A DNA stretch of 64,000 nucleotides from Lama guanicoe. Lineage: Eukaryota. The DNA is taken from contig MU053881.1 in NCBI GenBank assembly GCA_013239625.1, positions 2,914,001-2,978,000 of the forward strand, given 5' to 3'. The notes below the pieces were generated by a model that was given only the letters and a program-made list of their open reading frames with translations, made no database searches and was not told the DNA's origin. Position 1 is the stretch's first letter. Every line of letters begins with the position of its first letter. A program made the position numbers and the translations under genes. This document shows positions 1 through 12,815 of the stretch, piece by piece.

Positions 1-2284
1 GTTGATGCTGACGGGCAGAAACCAGAGAGGAGAGAATGTGTGGCTTGGTGAAGTGAAAGGAAGTAACACGTGGACGAGAAGATTCATTCACTGAGTCACT
101 CAGCACCTGCCCTGTGCCAGGCCTAGGCTGGACGCCGAGGGTACAGATGTGGAGATCAGCCAGTCTCTGCCCCAGGAGCCCACAGCCCGGTGTGGAGATG
201 GTGACAGCCCGGTATGAGTGGTTCATAGAAGAGGAAATCAGATCGTGTCTCTCCCTGGCTGAAAACACTCCTGTGGAACTTCCCAGACCTGATCTTCCTG
301 TGCTGTGATCTCTAAAGGGTCTTAACTCACCTCTTCTTTAGTGCCGCTCCCCTTTGCCTCATTGCTGGATCTCTTCTTGCTCGCTGTACATTCATTCAGA
401 GTACTTCTGACCATCAGAAGTTACTCATTTGTTTGCTTGTTTTGTGACCATCTCTCCAGCTAAACTGCCGGTGCCTCTTCTGACAGGTTCGTTGCTTTAT
501 CCCCAATCTCAAGCACCATGCCTGGTACTGCCAAGCAGGTGCTTAGTAAATATGTATTAAATCAATGAATGGATGGGAAAGTAGTAACAGTTTGGGTCGA
601 ATGCCAACCAAGATGGGTAATACTTGCTTTGAGGAGGGGGGCTGTCGGGAGAGCGGAGGAGGGAAAGAATGAGGGTGGCAGGGAAATAAGAAAGGTGAAG
701 CCCTCACTTAACCCTCACGGTGACCCCGACAGGTGGGTGGTATCACCCCCAAGTCATAGTATATGAGACCCCCAAGCGTCACCCCCAGGTGACGGTATAT
801 GAAACAGTCTTAGAGAGCTTGGTTTCCAGTGACGCGGTTCTCAGGCAGGTGAGCAGGGTCTAAACCTCTGGGTGCGGCTCCAAAACCCCAGTCCTTTCCG
901 GTAGGTCAGTTTTTCCTGTCCCTTTCTGTACGTTAGAACCACCTATGTTCAGGCCCCAACGTGTCTCTCCCTGGCTGAAGAGGGGGAGAGGGACGCCAAC
1001 CAAACTACCCTGGGGGATTCTAACGTGGAACTCGGTTGAGAACCACTGTCCTAGGCTCGCTGTTTCTCTGCTTGTAGAAAGGCGGTGACGTCACAAATGG
1101 CGCGGGTGTGCCTGGGAGCGTGGAGGGAGAAGACTTCCTGGAGGCGACATTGGAGCTGGTCCTAGAAGGGTGGGGAGGAATCGGCCAGGCAGCCCTTAGA
1201 AGAGGTTGGAGGCAGAGGGGCCAGGTCTGGGCACGGCTTGGAGACTCAGACCATCCTGGCCTGGGGCAGCTGATGGGAGCAATGGTGGCGAGCTGGGGTA
1301 GGATGGGCTTCGCTTTAAGATCCCTGTATCAGTGGATGTACCCACCCAAGCTTTTGGAATCTTCTGCCTTATCTGTCGTGATCTGACCCGTATCTCCTCT
1401 GGGTGTGGTTACCTGAGGATCCCGGTGGGGCTCTGGCCTCTCCAAGCTCCTGTCACACTGGGATCACAGAAGGAGGTCAGGATGGAGACATGCCCATGAA
1501 GGCTTTTTGGTGGAATCAGCTGGACTTCGGCTTGATGACTCCATTAACTAAAGACCAGAACCTGCGCAGGGAGCCTACGCCCCTTCAGGCATCAGAGCCC
1601 ACAGGCCTGGGGCCCTGGCCCGGAGTCCTAACTGGTTTGGCCCCATGCAGCTTGGAAGTGCCTGGGCTGTGGTGTCAGCTAATCCCAGATGTGGGCTGCG
1701 CGACCTCTTGTCACCTCCCTAAACTTCAGGTACCCATCTGGGCAGCTTGATTTTCCCCCAGGCGAGAGTCCGCTCCATCCCGTGTGCTCAGTACTAGGGC
1801 GGAGCACAAACGCCACACGGAGGGTCCTCCATCAGAGTCAGGCTCTCCTCACGGCCACTTGTGCTTCCCTGGATTTCAGGGCCGTGTGACAGAAGAGGGA
1901 CCGGGGAGGCAGATTGGGTCCAGCTGCGAAGGGGCCCCACCCGGGTGCTAGGGAGCTTGGCCTAAGGCCTTTCAGCAGGTGACAGGCTTTAGACGGTTGA
2001 ACGCTGCGCTTGGGGAAGGCAGCTGGGGCGGTGTGGAGGTGATGCTTTAGGGAGAGAGTTCCTTGCAGCCGCGCGGCCTAATACAGAGCTTCCCAAGGTG
2101 GCCTGCCTCCGACTTTCCCGGCGGGCCTGTTAAAACACACGTCCCCAGGTCCCGTCCCCAGAGGTTTTAGTTCCCTACAAGGGGTCGGGGCTCTGAGAAT
2201 CTGAGTTTGTAACAGACCCCCAGGGGATGTGCTGTTGCTGCCGCTGAAGCCATCAGATACACAGAGGGCCGGCCCAGGGTGCTA

Positions 2285-2480
2285 CTGGGCTTAAACTTTA
2301 GATCTTCCGCATATAGCTAGGCATTTGGCCCTGGCCAAGTTCTCTAACCCATGTGAGCCTCAGTTTCCTCATCTGTAAGTGAGATGCCACCCTACTGCAA
2401 AGGCGGCTGGAAGAATTCAGCGAGACGACGTGTGTACGCACTTAGCACCGTGCCTGCAGTCGGCATCCAGTAGGTTTTAT
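2285..2480 (+). mobile_element. MIR SINE
   Basis: Core GAGCCTCAGTTTCCTCATCTGTAA...CACTTAGCACCGTGCCTG. Confidence 0.75.
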
Positions 2481-2660
2481 ATTTTTTATTAATACCACTG
2501 AGGAGGCTGTTGCCGAGATACAAGGGAGAACTGAAGGAGAGGCTGGGCCAGGCCTGCGGCTGTGGGCTGGAGACGAGGGGATCTGGCTTCCTTCAGAGGC
2601 TCCAAGCCCTGTGAAACCGGCGCTTGGCTCTAGGTTAAAACCTGCCTGTGGGTCCCTGTC

Positions 2661-2679
2661 TGGCCACTAGAGGGCAGCA
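2661..2679 (+). promoter_or_regulatory. CTCF-binding motif
   Basis: TGGCCACTAGAGGGCAGCA matches the CTCF core CCASYAGRKGGCRS and lies in non-repeat sequence. Confidence 0.7.
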
Positions 2680-3496
2680 GAGCCAAGGCCGCATGAGGGA
2701 GGCTGAGAGCCAGGAAGGCTGGCGCTGGTCTGTGCACTCAGCCTTTATTCCTGTATTTGCGTTGACTGTCCCCCTCCCTCCTTGCTCTGTGTACTTGCTG
2801 ACGATTCTGGAAAACACTTCGCATCGCAGGGCACCTCTCAGTTCCTGCTTGTTTTGCGGCCCGGGATTAGCCGTGGCTGAAGTGTCCCACTTTCTGGCAG
2901 CTGTGTTTATTTCTCAAGGGCACAGGCGGAGCAGAACATGGGGGCCTGCGCCCTGCAGCTCAGCAGAGCCTGGTCTGAACCGCAGTTGCTCTTCTGCCAG
3001 TTCAAAACTCGGGACCTGCTCCATCTTGCTTTCCTCCCCCGCTCCCCAGCCCTTGCCTGCACCCTTTGATCTTGTGGGTGGAGAAATAAAGGGAATTTCA
3101 AATCTTTCACCCATTTGGAAGGCTGGCTGGAAGCAGGGCTTTCTAGGGGCCCGGTAAACAGCGCTGGTCGATTCATTTCAGAGCAGTGTGGGTGCACGTT
3201 CAAGGTCATAGAATGTGGTGAGGGGAAGAAAAAACCTGGAAGCAGTTTGATAATATTTGGTGGTGTACCTTGTGCCAAGCCCTGCCTTGATGAGTTAGTT
3301 GCTTTATTCCAAGAGAATAACAAAATGTACCAATGACGCAGCCTACACTTACTGATCGCGTGGTAAGAGCCAGGCCCTGTGCTGAGCGATTTTCACATAT
3401 TTGCTCTTTCAACGCTAACAACTGCCCATGAGGTGTTACTCATTCTGAAGACACTGAGATTTGGAGAGTTTACAATAGGATCCTTAGGGTCAAAGA

Positions 3497-3788
3497 GTGG
3501 TGCTGACAGACTGGGAGTTTGAAATTTGTAGATACTGACAGACACATGTAGACTAGATAAACAAGATTATACTGTGTAGCACAGGGGAATATATACAAGA
3601 TCTTGTGGTGGCTCACAGCAAAAAAAGCATGTGACAGTGAGTGTATGTTTATGTATAACTGAAAAATTGTGCTCTACACTGGATATTGACACAACATTGT
3701 AAAATGACTATAATTCAATAAAAAATGTAAAAAACAAATAAAGTCCTCTGATGGACAAGAAAAAATAAAAGAAATTCCAAAAAAAAAA
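3497..3788 (+). mobile_element. Lineage-specific L1 3' end fragment, inside a MIR
   Basis: L1 3'UTR (AAACAAGATTATACTGTGTAGCACAGGG...AATAAA, A-rich tail) that closely resembles the copy at 49.4-49.6 kb. MIR-like sequence on both sides. Confidence 0.85.
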
Positions 3789-3949
3789 CCTCACTCCAAA
3801 ATCCAAACTCCTTCTGTCCGGAATGATGGGCATGGTCAGTTCCACTTTTAGCCCAGCTTTTTCCAGAAGTGGGGGATGTAGACCTTAGGAAGGAGGAGGC
3901 CAGGCCTATGACAAGCCAGCCTGTTCAGTGCTCATGACCCCACTGCACA

Positions 3950-4160
3950 GTGGACCAGTGAAGAGCCTGGATTTGGAACCAGGTTGCCTGCGTTCCAGTC
4001 CTGAATCTGCCACCTACCGTCTCTGTGACCTTGGTTGGGCAACTTCTTTGACATCTGAGTCTTAGGTTCCTCACCTCCCTAGTTTGCTCTGAGGGTGAAG
4101 TGAGTTAGTACGTGTCAAGTGCTTAGAACATTGGTCGCACAAAGAAGTAACTCAGCGACT
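3950..4160 (+). mobile_element. MIR SINE
   Basis: TGTGACCTTGG...GTGCTTAGAACA motifs. Confidence 0.65.
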
Positions 4161-5372
4161 GTCATTATCGTCATCGTTTTCATGCCACTCTTGGTATATC
4201 ATTGCGTCACTCTTATCATCATTCCTTTTAACCATCATGCTATAGTCACCTCTGTGTTCTCAGTACCTGGCCTCTTTGAGGGCTTGGCAAGTGTTTATCG
4301 AATGAAGTGAGCCCTTGGATTCAGAAAAATATATTCTGAGCTCTGGAGGGTGCCAGGTGCTGGCTCGATACTTGAATGGCTCCATTTTGGATCCCGTCCT
4401 CAGGACCTCCCAGTGGAAAGGAGCGGTCAGACCAGGTGCTAATTACCACACAAGGCACAAACATTCCATGGAGGTCCTGATGCGGGTGAGAGAACTTTTG
4501 GAGTGAGGAAGAGGCTGGCGGCCAGTTTCAGAAGAGACAGCCTCTAAAATAGGTCCTGAAAGATGGTGGAGGAGAAAGAAGGTTGAGCTGGGCCAGAGAA
4601 TTCAGCCTTTAACTTCAACAAAGGGCCATGAATCAAGCTGGAGTTTTATTCATCCAACTGGATGAATTCATCAGGCATGGCTGCAATCAGGCACTGAGCT
4701 GCAGCAGTGGCTTTGAGCCAGTCTCTGTCCTCAAGTGACCTGGGTCTAATGGGTGAACAGCCAAGGGAAAAGGGATGAAAATTCGGTCTGATGAGGGGCC
4801 AGTATTGACTCGGGGACTCTTAGGCCCACGTTAGGGACACTCGGCTCTGACTGGTGTAAGCAGAAAGGACATTCTCATTGGATGTCCTTGGTCTCATGTT
4901 CACTGTGGCCAGGGAGACCCTCTGTCAACCCTGCACAGGATGGGGAGCGCACAGGTGTACCAGTGCCCTCCAAATCACAGGGACGGAGGGGTGGTGGTGG
5001 GCTGTGTTTGGTGTGATTCCCCCAAGACAATTCAGATGAAGTCACCAGAGGGAGGAAGGAAGAATGGATGTCCAGGCAAAATGCACAGACATCCACTGCA
5101 ATTACCACATGGGAGCAGAATAACCCATCAGTGAAGAGCCCTGGCTTGGGGCTCCAGTTCCCCAGGGGTGGAACCCCAGTTCCACCATTTACAAGTTGTG
5201 TGGCCATAGCTGGGTCACGTCACCAGTCAGTCTGAGTCTCAGTGTCCCCATCTAGAAAATGGGAGTAGTAGTCCAGCACTGTGGGCTTGAGTCAGTGTGA
5301 AAGCACATTGTAAAGGCACCAGGCCAGCAGGTGTCACTGCAATTTGGTGTGGCATGAAGTCTGAAGTCTCTG

Positions 5373-6070
5373 ATCCAGCAAATCAACTTCTGGGTATTTA
5401 ATCAAAGGAAATGGAAACACTAACTCAAAAGAGTATCTGTACCCTCATGTTCATTGCAGCATTATTTTCAATAGCCAGGATAGGGAAACAGCCTGTGTCC
5501 ATCGAAGGATGAATGGATAAAGAAATGCAGTATATACGTATATATACATATATACAATGGAATATTATTCAGCTATGAAAAAGAATGAAATCTTACCATT
5601 TGCAACAACATGGATGGAAGTTAAGGGCATTATGCTAAATGAAAGAAGTCAGAGAGAGATTTCACTTATTTGCGGAATCTAAAAACAAAAAACAAAAAAC
5701 AAAACCCCAAACCAAGCTCATAGATACAGAGAACAGATTGGTGATTGTCAGAGGTTGGGGGTGGGGAGTGGGTGAAATGGCTGAAGGAAGTAAAAGGTAC
5801 CTGTTTCCAGTTATAAAATAAATAAGTCCTGGGATGTGATGTACAGCACGGTGACTATAGTTAACAATACTGTATTGCATATTTGAATGTTTCTAAGAGA
5901 GTATATCTTAAAAGTTTATCACAAGAAAAAAATGTAACTATGTATAATGACAGGTATTAACGAGACTCATTGTGGAGATCATTTCACAGTGCATACAAAT
6001 ATCGAATCAGTATGTTGCACGCCTGAAATTAATATGATGTTCTATGTCAGTTATGCTTAAATTTAAAAAA
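5373..6070 (+). mobile_element. 5'-truncated L1 (L1MA-like 3' end) with target-site duplication
   Basis: ORF2 end and 3'UTR motifs (ATGTTCATTGCAGCATTATT, CAATGGAATATTATTCAGC). 17-bp TSD GAAGTCTGAAG(T/C)CTCTG at 5356-5372 and 6071-6087. Confidence 0.9.
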
Positions 6071-7689
6071 GAAGTCTGAAGCCTCTGGATTGTTACCTGA
6101 CCAGGTCTAGGGAACCTGTCCACAGACAGGACAGAGAGCCAAACTCTCCAGGGTTCAAATCCTCAACCTGCCACTAGCTAGCTACGTTTTCTCCTCTGTG
6201 GAGTGAAGATGATCATTCCTGCCTCCCAGGGTCACAGGGAGAAGTGATGAGGTGGTACAGAGACAGTGCCTGGCACATATCAGTCTATAATTAATGACAG
6301 ATGTGTCCTCAGCACAGTGATTACCCGGGAGCACGCCAGGAGTCCAGGTGCAGCTCTGGCAGGACAGACCACGTGCCCTGTGAACAAACCACCGTCCCTC
6401 TGGACAAAGGGTGCGTTTGGCCAGCAGCCAAAGGCCCTGGGAGGCTTTGTGTCGCCCGGCCCTTCCCGCCTTCCTTTCTGCTTGAAATGGGGCCAGCCTC
6501 ACAGAGGCTCATGTTTCAGTCTTAATTACCCCTCAGGCTCTCCTCTCAGCCTGTGTTTCATTTCCGCCACAAGGCTTTCAGCCAGACAGTTTGAACAGAA
6601 CCTCATCTGGAGTGTGTTAACTCTTCTCCCCCGTCCCTGGCAGAGATCTGGGATCAGCGCTGCATCAGGACAAGTTGTAAACAAACACTCGTTTGCTCTA
6701 ATGTGGCCCCTCCTCCCGTCCCGCAGTGTTATCTGAGATCTGCAGAGCGTCGAATCAGGGGAATGTGAGAGTGTTTGGAAAAAACCTAGAGATCGTTGAA
6801 TCCAGTCTATCCATTTTACAGAAGATGTTTGGTTAAATTGCTCATGTTCACAGAGATAACCTGAAGATATAAGCAGAGCTGGGAATCAGGTCTTCCGTGT
6901 CATAGTCCAAAACTTTTACCACAATAACCTGGTCCTTCCATCATTCATTCGCTCCTTCGGGAACATATATTGAGTATCTGTTACTGTATTCCAGACCCTA
7001 TTCTGGGCTCGGTGAAGATGAGCTGAATAAGAAGCAGACTCTGCCCTTGAATTGCTTATGATCTCTCCCCGTCTGTCCATCCATCCATCCGTCCATCCAC
7101 TATCTGTACATCTTCTCATCAGCATGCTTCTCTCTCCACCGATCCATGAACACATCCACTTACCTCTTCATCCATTCATTCAGGCATTAATGTCTCTATA
7201 ATGCCCCAAGTCCCGGCTGGTGCTAGGGACCAAAACAAGTTAAAAACAATTTTGCTCTTTAGGTTTTTCCCCTATTCCATAAAGCTGTCTCTAAGGTACG
7301 TGTGACGGGCTCTGCTTGTGCACAAATGGAGATGTGCAGCTCTGCCTCTTAGTTCTGAGAAGGCTTCATTCTGGGGGTAAAAACAGAGCAGCACCTTGGA
7401 TAGGAGTCTCCAGTGGGGAAGATGGGAAAGAGCCTTCTCGGCTGTGGGAACAATTGGGGCAAAGGCATGAGGATGCCTGGTGGCTTGGGAGGGAGGGGAA
7501 TGCCATTTCATTCGGTGACTCCTTCTAGGAGTGAACTGGCTGGCCAATAATAGTCAAGACAGGATGTCGAAGGCTCTTTTGAAAGGACCTTGAATACCAT
7601 ACCTGGAGCCAGAATGTCATCCTTGGGCATTTGGAAACCACTGCAGGTTTTTTTTTTTTTTTTTTGCAGGGGTAGGGATTGTTTTTTAC

Positions 7690-8030
7690 ATTTTCTTTTT
7701 TTTTTTGAAGTATAGTCAGTTTTCAATGTTGTGTCAATTTCTGGTGTACAGCAGAATGTTTCAGTCATCCATNNNNNNNNNNNNNNNNNNNNNNNNNNNN
7801 NNNNNNNNNNNNNNNNNNNNNNNNNNNNNNNNNNNNCCCCTGACCTCTCCCCCCTGGTAACCACAAGTTTGTATCCTATGTCTAGGAGTCCGTTTCTGTT
7901 TGGTAAATAAGTTCATTTGTATTATTTTCTTAGATTCCACATATGAGTGATGTCATATGGTGTTTTTCTTTCTCTCATTGGCTGTCTTCACTTAGTATGA
8001 TCATCTCCAGGCCCATCCATGTTGCTGCTG
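7690..8030 (-). mobile_element. L1 3' end fragment spanning an assembly gap
   Basis: T-tail followed by TTGAAGTATAGTCAGTTTTCAATGTTGTGTC...TAGATTCCACATATGAGTGA. N run at 7773-7836. Confidence 0.85.
7773..7836. other. Assembly gap (N run)
   Basis: Run of N. Confidence 1.
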
Positions 8031-8049
8031 GTTTTTTTGTTTGTTTTTT

Positions 8050-8600
8050 ATTTGCTTGTTTTTACCAGGAAGTGACTTAGGTCAATGGGCTTAGAAAGAT
8101 CACCCAGGGCAGCTGGGTCAGAGCGAGGAGACTGGAAGTGTTTAAAACCTGTTCTAGCTCCAAGAGAGCTGACATCATGGCCTGAATCAGGGTGTTGACA
8201 GTGGAGTGGGACCAGTGGGGTGGGGTTTGAGCGACATGTGGAGGGAGAATTAATGGACCTTGAATGGGGACTTGTTGTACGTGGGCCTTCAGGGAGAGAG
8301 AGGAGTCAGAGGAGGCTTCCAGATGTCTGACTGGGTGACAGGTGACAGCGCCACTTGCTGAGTTCAAGATTGCTGGAGAAAGAAGATTTGAGGTGGGTGG
8401 GGAACAGGGACAAGAATACATTTAGTGTTAGATGCGCTGCTTTTGAGGCATCTGTGGGGTAGCAGCAGAGATGTGAAGGAGCAGTAAGTTGTAAGATCTG
8501 GGGCTCATGAGAGATGGGCAGTCAATAGAGCGTGGAGTGTCAGTTGCACACAGAGCAGCAGACGTAAAGCAGGAATGGAGGCTGGGGCTTAGACCTGCTT
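8050..8600 (-). mobile_element. L2 LINE fragment
   Basis: Degenerate L2 motifs (TTAGAAAGATCACCC, GAGAGAGGAGTCAGAG, TTTGAGGCATCTGTGG). Confidence 0.6.
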
Positions 8601-9667
8601 GTTAGAGGGGACAGGCCTGCCGGACCACAGCAGGCTGTCCCAGAGAGGGAGGGGGGAGGAGTGGAACTGTGGACTCTGATCGCTGTACCGTGGTTATGCG
8701 AGTTGTTAACATTAGGGGGAACTGGCTGAAGTGAGGGTATTTGGAAACTCTGTGCCATCTTTGCGGCTCTTCCAAAGTGTAAAATTGTTTCAAAATAAAA
8801 GTAAAAAAAAAAAAAAGACCTGAAGTGGATTATAGTGGACGCAGCAGCCAACCATTATTATAAGCATTATCTTTTAAACAAAATTTTTAAAGATATATGT
8901 ATTGACATATAATAAACTACTCATATTAAAAGGCTATGATTTGATGCGTTTTGGCACATGCCGTCTCTTGTGAGACCCATCACCACAGTCAGGGTGGTGA
9001 ACACACTCGTCACTCACAAACATTTCTTCATGTCTTTTTATTATTTCCCTCTTTACCCCCTCTCCCCTCACCAGGTAACCACAGATCAGACTGCATTTTC
9101 TAGAGTTTCAGATAAATAGGATCAGACAGCATGTCCTCTTTTGTCTTGCTTCATTCAAGCTGCATGATTATTTTGAGATAGATCCATGGTGTTGCTTGTG
9201 TTAAACAGTTCATTCCTTTTTTGTTGCCAAATAGTACTCCACGGGTTGGGTACATCACAATTCGTGTATGCATTCACCTGTTGATGGCTGGCTGCGTTGT
9301 TTCCACTTTTTGGTTATTGCAAGCAAAGCTGCTATGAACATCTGTGCATAAGTCTTTGTATGGCTATCTATTTCCTTTTCTCTTGGGTAAATACAGACAA
9401 GCAGAATGCACTGTATAGTAAATGTTTAACTTTATCAGCATGAGAGTTCCAGTTCCTCCATATCTCCACAAAGACTTGCTATGGTCAGCCTTTTAAATTT
9501 CAGTGCCTCTAATGGGTGTGTAATGGTATCTCATTGTCGTTTCAAGGAGCATTTCTCTAATGACTAATGACCTTCTTCATGTGCTTATTTGCCATCTGGG
9601 TAACATCTTTGGTTAAAAGTCTGTTCAAATGCTTTGCCCGTGTTTCCAAAAATTGGGTTGTTTTCTT

Positions 9668-10133
9668 TAAAAAATTTTTTTTATTGAAGTATAGTTGATT
9701 TACAATGTTGTGTTAGTTTCTGGTATACAGCAAAGCAATTCACTTATATATATGTGTGTATATATATATGCACACACACTTATTATATATATTGTTTTGC
9801 GTTTTCTTTTCCATTATGATTTATTACAGGATATTGAACATAGTTCCCTGTGCTATACCATAGGACCTTGTTGTTTATCTATTTTATATATAGTGTTAGT
9901 ATCTGCTAATCCAAAATTCTTATTTTATCCCTCCCCCATCCCCCTTTCCCTTGGTAGCCATAAGTTTGTTTTTTATGTCTGTGAGTCTGTTTCTGTTTTG
10001 TAAATAAGTTCATTTGTATCTTATTTTAGATTCCACATGTAAGTGATATCATATCTTTCTGTTACTTCTGTCAGTATGATAATCTCTAAGTCCACCCATG
10101 TAGCTGCAAATGGCATTATTTCATTCAGACTGT
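9668..10133 (-). mobile_element. Younger L1 3' end nested in the old L1
   Basis: TTTATTGAAGTATAGTTGATTTACAATGTTGTGTTAGTTTCTGG 3' end. 10-bp TSD TTGTTTTCTT at 9658-9667 and 10134-10143. Confidence 0.85.
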
Positions 10134-10801
10134 TTGTTTTCTTAATGTTGAGTTTTGAGAGTTCTTTACTCTGGGTATAAATCCTGTATCAGTTATATGC
10201 TTCACAGATATTTTCTCCCTGTGTGTGGCTCATAGTTTTATTTTCTTAAAAGTGTCTTTCCGGGAGCAGAAGTGTTTATTTATGATGAAGTCCCATTTGT
10301 CAACTTGTCCTTTTATGAATCATGCTTTTGGTGTCAAATGGAAGAAGTCTTTGATGTGCTGTGATACGCAGAGCCACCAAGATTTTTTTTCCCCTATGTT
10401 TTCTTCTGGTGGTTTTATAGTTTCAGCCTTTACATTTCAATTATTGATCCATTTTCGAGTTAATTTTTTATAGCTGTGACAAGGATGGATCCAAGTTTGG
10501 TGTTTGGCATGTGGATAGCCAGTTGTCCCAGCACCATTTGCTCAGAAGGCTGTCTCTTTTCCACTGCATTTCCCTTGAACCTTTGTCAAAAACTCATAAA
10601 TGTGCGGGCCAATGTCTTGGCTGTCTCTTCAACTCCTCTGATCTGTGTGGCTGCTTTGATGCCGATAACGATGCTGTCCTGATTAATGCAGTGTTATAAC
10701 GATTCTTGAAATCAGGGGATCTTAGCCCTCCAATGTTGTTCTTTCTTTTTCAGAGTTGTGTGTGTGAATTCCAGCTCCTTTGTGTTTCCATATGAATTTT
10801 A

Positions 10802-10935
10802 TTTGGAGGGGAAGGGGAGGTAATTAGGTTTGTTTGTTTGTTTGTTTGTTTATTTAATGGAGGCACTGGGGATTGAACCCAAGACCTTGTGCATGCTAAG
10901 CATGTGCTCTACCACTGAGCTACACCCTCCTCCCC
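10802..10935 (-). mobile_element. tRNA-Ala-derived SINE (camelid Vic-1-like)
   Basis: Minus strand GGGTGTAGCTCAGTGGTAGAGCACATGCTTAGCATGCACAAGGTCTTGGGTTCAATCCCCAGTGCCTCCA (A and B boxes), then (AAAC)n and AAACCTAATTACC tail. TSD ATGAATTTTA at 10792-10801 and 10939-10948. Confidence 0.9.
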
Positions 10936-12689
10936 AAGATGAATTTTAGAATCAGTTAGCCAATTTGTACAAAAAGTGGATTGTGTTGAATGTATGGATC
11001 AATGTGGGGAGAACTGGCACGTTAATAATATTGAGTATTCTGACCCAATAACAAGGTGGAATAACTCTGGGTTTACCCTTTTTCCCTTGAGTGCTTTAAA
11101 TATGTTGCTCCACTGTCTCTCTTGCCTGCATTGTTCCTGATGACAAGTCTGTGTTATCCTTATCTTTGGTTTTCTCTATGTGACGTGCTTCCCCGCCCCT
11201 TCCTTCCCCCGCCCCGGCCCCCCGTTTTCAGATTTTCCTCTTGTTTACTGCTTGTGAGCAATTTTTATTACGATGTGTCCTTGGTGTGGTTTTCTTGATG
11301 TTTCTTGTTCTTGGAGTTTGTTGAGCTTCTTGAATCTGTGGGCTTACAGTTCTCATCAAACTCAGAACATTTTGGATGTCATTTCTTTAAATATTTTTCT
11401 GTCCACCCCCTCTTCTTCAGGAACTCCAACGGCATGTCTATTAGGGCCCTTTCAATTGTTGCATGGCTTCTTGGCACTCTTTTAGTTCCTGAGATTTCTT
11501 TTTTCCCTCTGCATTTTCCGTGGCAGGCGGTTCCTATAACTATATTCTTGCAGTTCACTAATATTTGCTGTAAATCCCATCCAGGATATTTTTCACCTCA
11601 GACATTGCAGTTTTCATCTCTAAAACTTCCAATCTTCTAAAAAAAATCTATCTTCCATGGCTCTTGTTAACTTTTTGAAACTATGGAATATTTAAAAATA
11701 TAACAATATAATATAATGTAATATTATTTTAAAATATAATAATTATTTTAATGTCCTTTGCTAATTCTAACAACTGCGTCAATTCTCAGTTGCCTCTAGT
11801 TGATTTTTCTCCTTATTAGGGGCCACATTTTCCTGCCTCTTTTGATGCCTAGGTGCCAAACTATGAATTTTACCTTGTTGGTTGCTGGCTATTTTAATAT
11901 TTCTAAAAATATTCTTGAGCTTTGGAAAGCTGCTGAATTACTAGTTTTATTTGTCTGTTTTTATGAGTTTGTTTTTTGTCGCTGTTTCCAAGATTTGCTC
12001 CATGGGACCAGAGCGTGCAGAGTAGAGGGTTAACTGTTCAATCCTCCCTCACAATGAAGGCAAGACCGCGAGTGTTTTACCAAGCTCTGCAGTCTGGCTG
12101 CTAGGAACCGGCAATATTCCCAGCCCGACGTGATGACTGCCCCTCTTACCCTCCAGAACATTCTTTCTCCCAGCCCCCTCACACCCTGGCATGCACTGCT
12201 CTGTGCTCTGCTGAATGCTCCAGAGACCTCCAGAGTTTCCTTTCTCTCCTCTCCGTGATTCCACGCTGCATCCTGAAGACACCCAGGTCTCTCCCAGTTC
12301 TCAGCTTTGTCTCCTCAACTCAAGTTGTTTGCCAGCCTCTGCCATCCTCCCCACTCCCCTCACCGCAGCCGGGGTTCTCAGTCCAGGCAGTGAGGACGGG
12401 CATTTGCAGGGCTCACTTCATTTGTTCTCTCCCTCTCACAGAGATCATTATCCTTTGTTGCCTTACGCCGACTGTCTTGAAAACTATTATTCCATGTTTT
12501 GGGGCGTTTTGTTTGAGTTTTTTTTTTTTTTTTGTTTGTGTAGTCAGTTCGTTCCATCACTCCATCTTGCTGGAAGCAGAAGAGTGTATTACCTTTTCAT
12601 TCCATTATGTTTCTTTCAAAACCCTCCCTGGAAACAACCTCCCTTTGTAACAACCAACAGCTTGATTAAATGTGTTATCATCCTGTGAC

Positions 12690-12815
12690 TGCTTGGCTTC
12701 ACACAGCAGGCCTGTGACGGGGTGCCAGATCATCCCCATTTTACAGATAAGGGAACCGAGCCTCAGAGAGGAGAAGGGACTTGTCCAAAGTCACATGGGC
12801 CATAAAGGCTTAAGC
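12690..12815 (-). mobile_element. MIR SINE
   Basis: ATCCCCATTTTACAGATAAGGGAACCGAGCCTCAGAGAGG core. Confidence 0.8.

Larger units (their letters stand above)
8880..12600 (-). mobile_element. Old fragmented L1 (L1M-type) with nested insertions
   Basis: Antisense L1 motifs (GCTGCTATGAACAT, TGGTATCTCATTGT, CCAGTTGTCCCAGCACCATTTG); no open frame. Confidence 0.8.

Noticed and set aside
745..806. Two imperfect ~33-bp repeats (TCACCCCCA.GT....GTATATGA.AC)
   Set aside because: A local duplication inside a decayed MIR-like element; only two copies, not an array.
1..2600. Exons of the neighbouring gene (THOC3 follows CPLX2 in human and mouse)
   Set aside because: No WD40-like coding segment seen; the region is L2, MIR and MER5-like fragments.
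10857..10930. tRNA-Ala gene
   Set aside because: It has a SINE tail, a TSD, an encoded CCA and stem mismatches, so it is a SINE rather than a functional tRNA.
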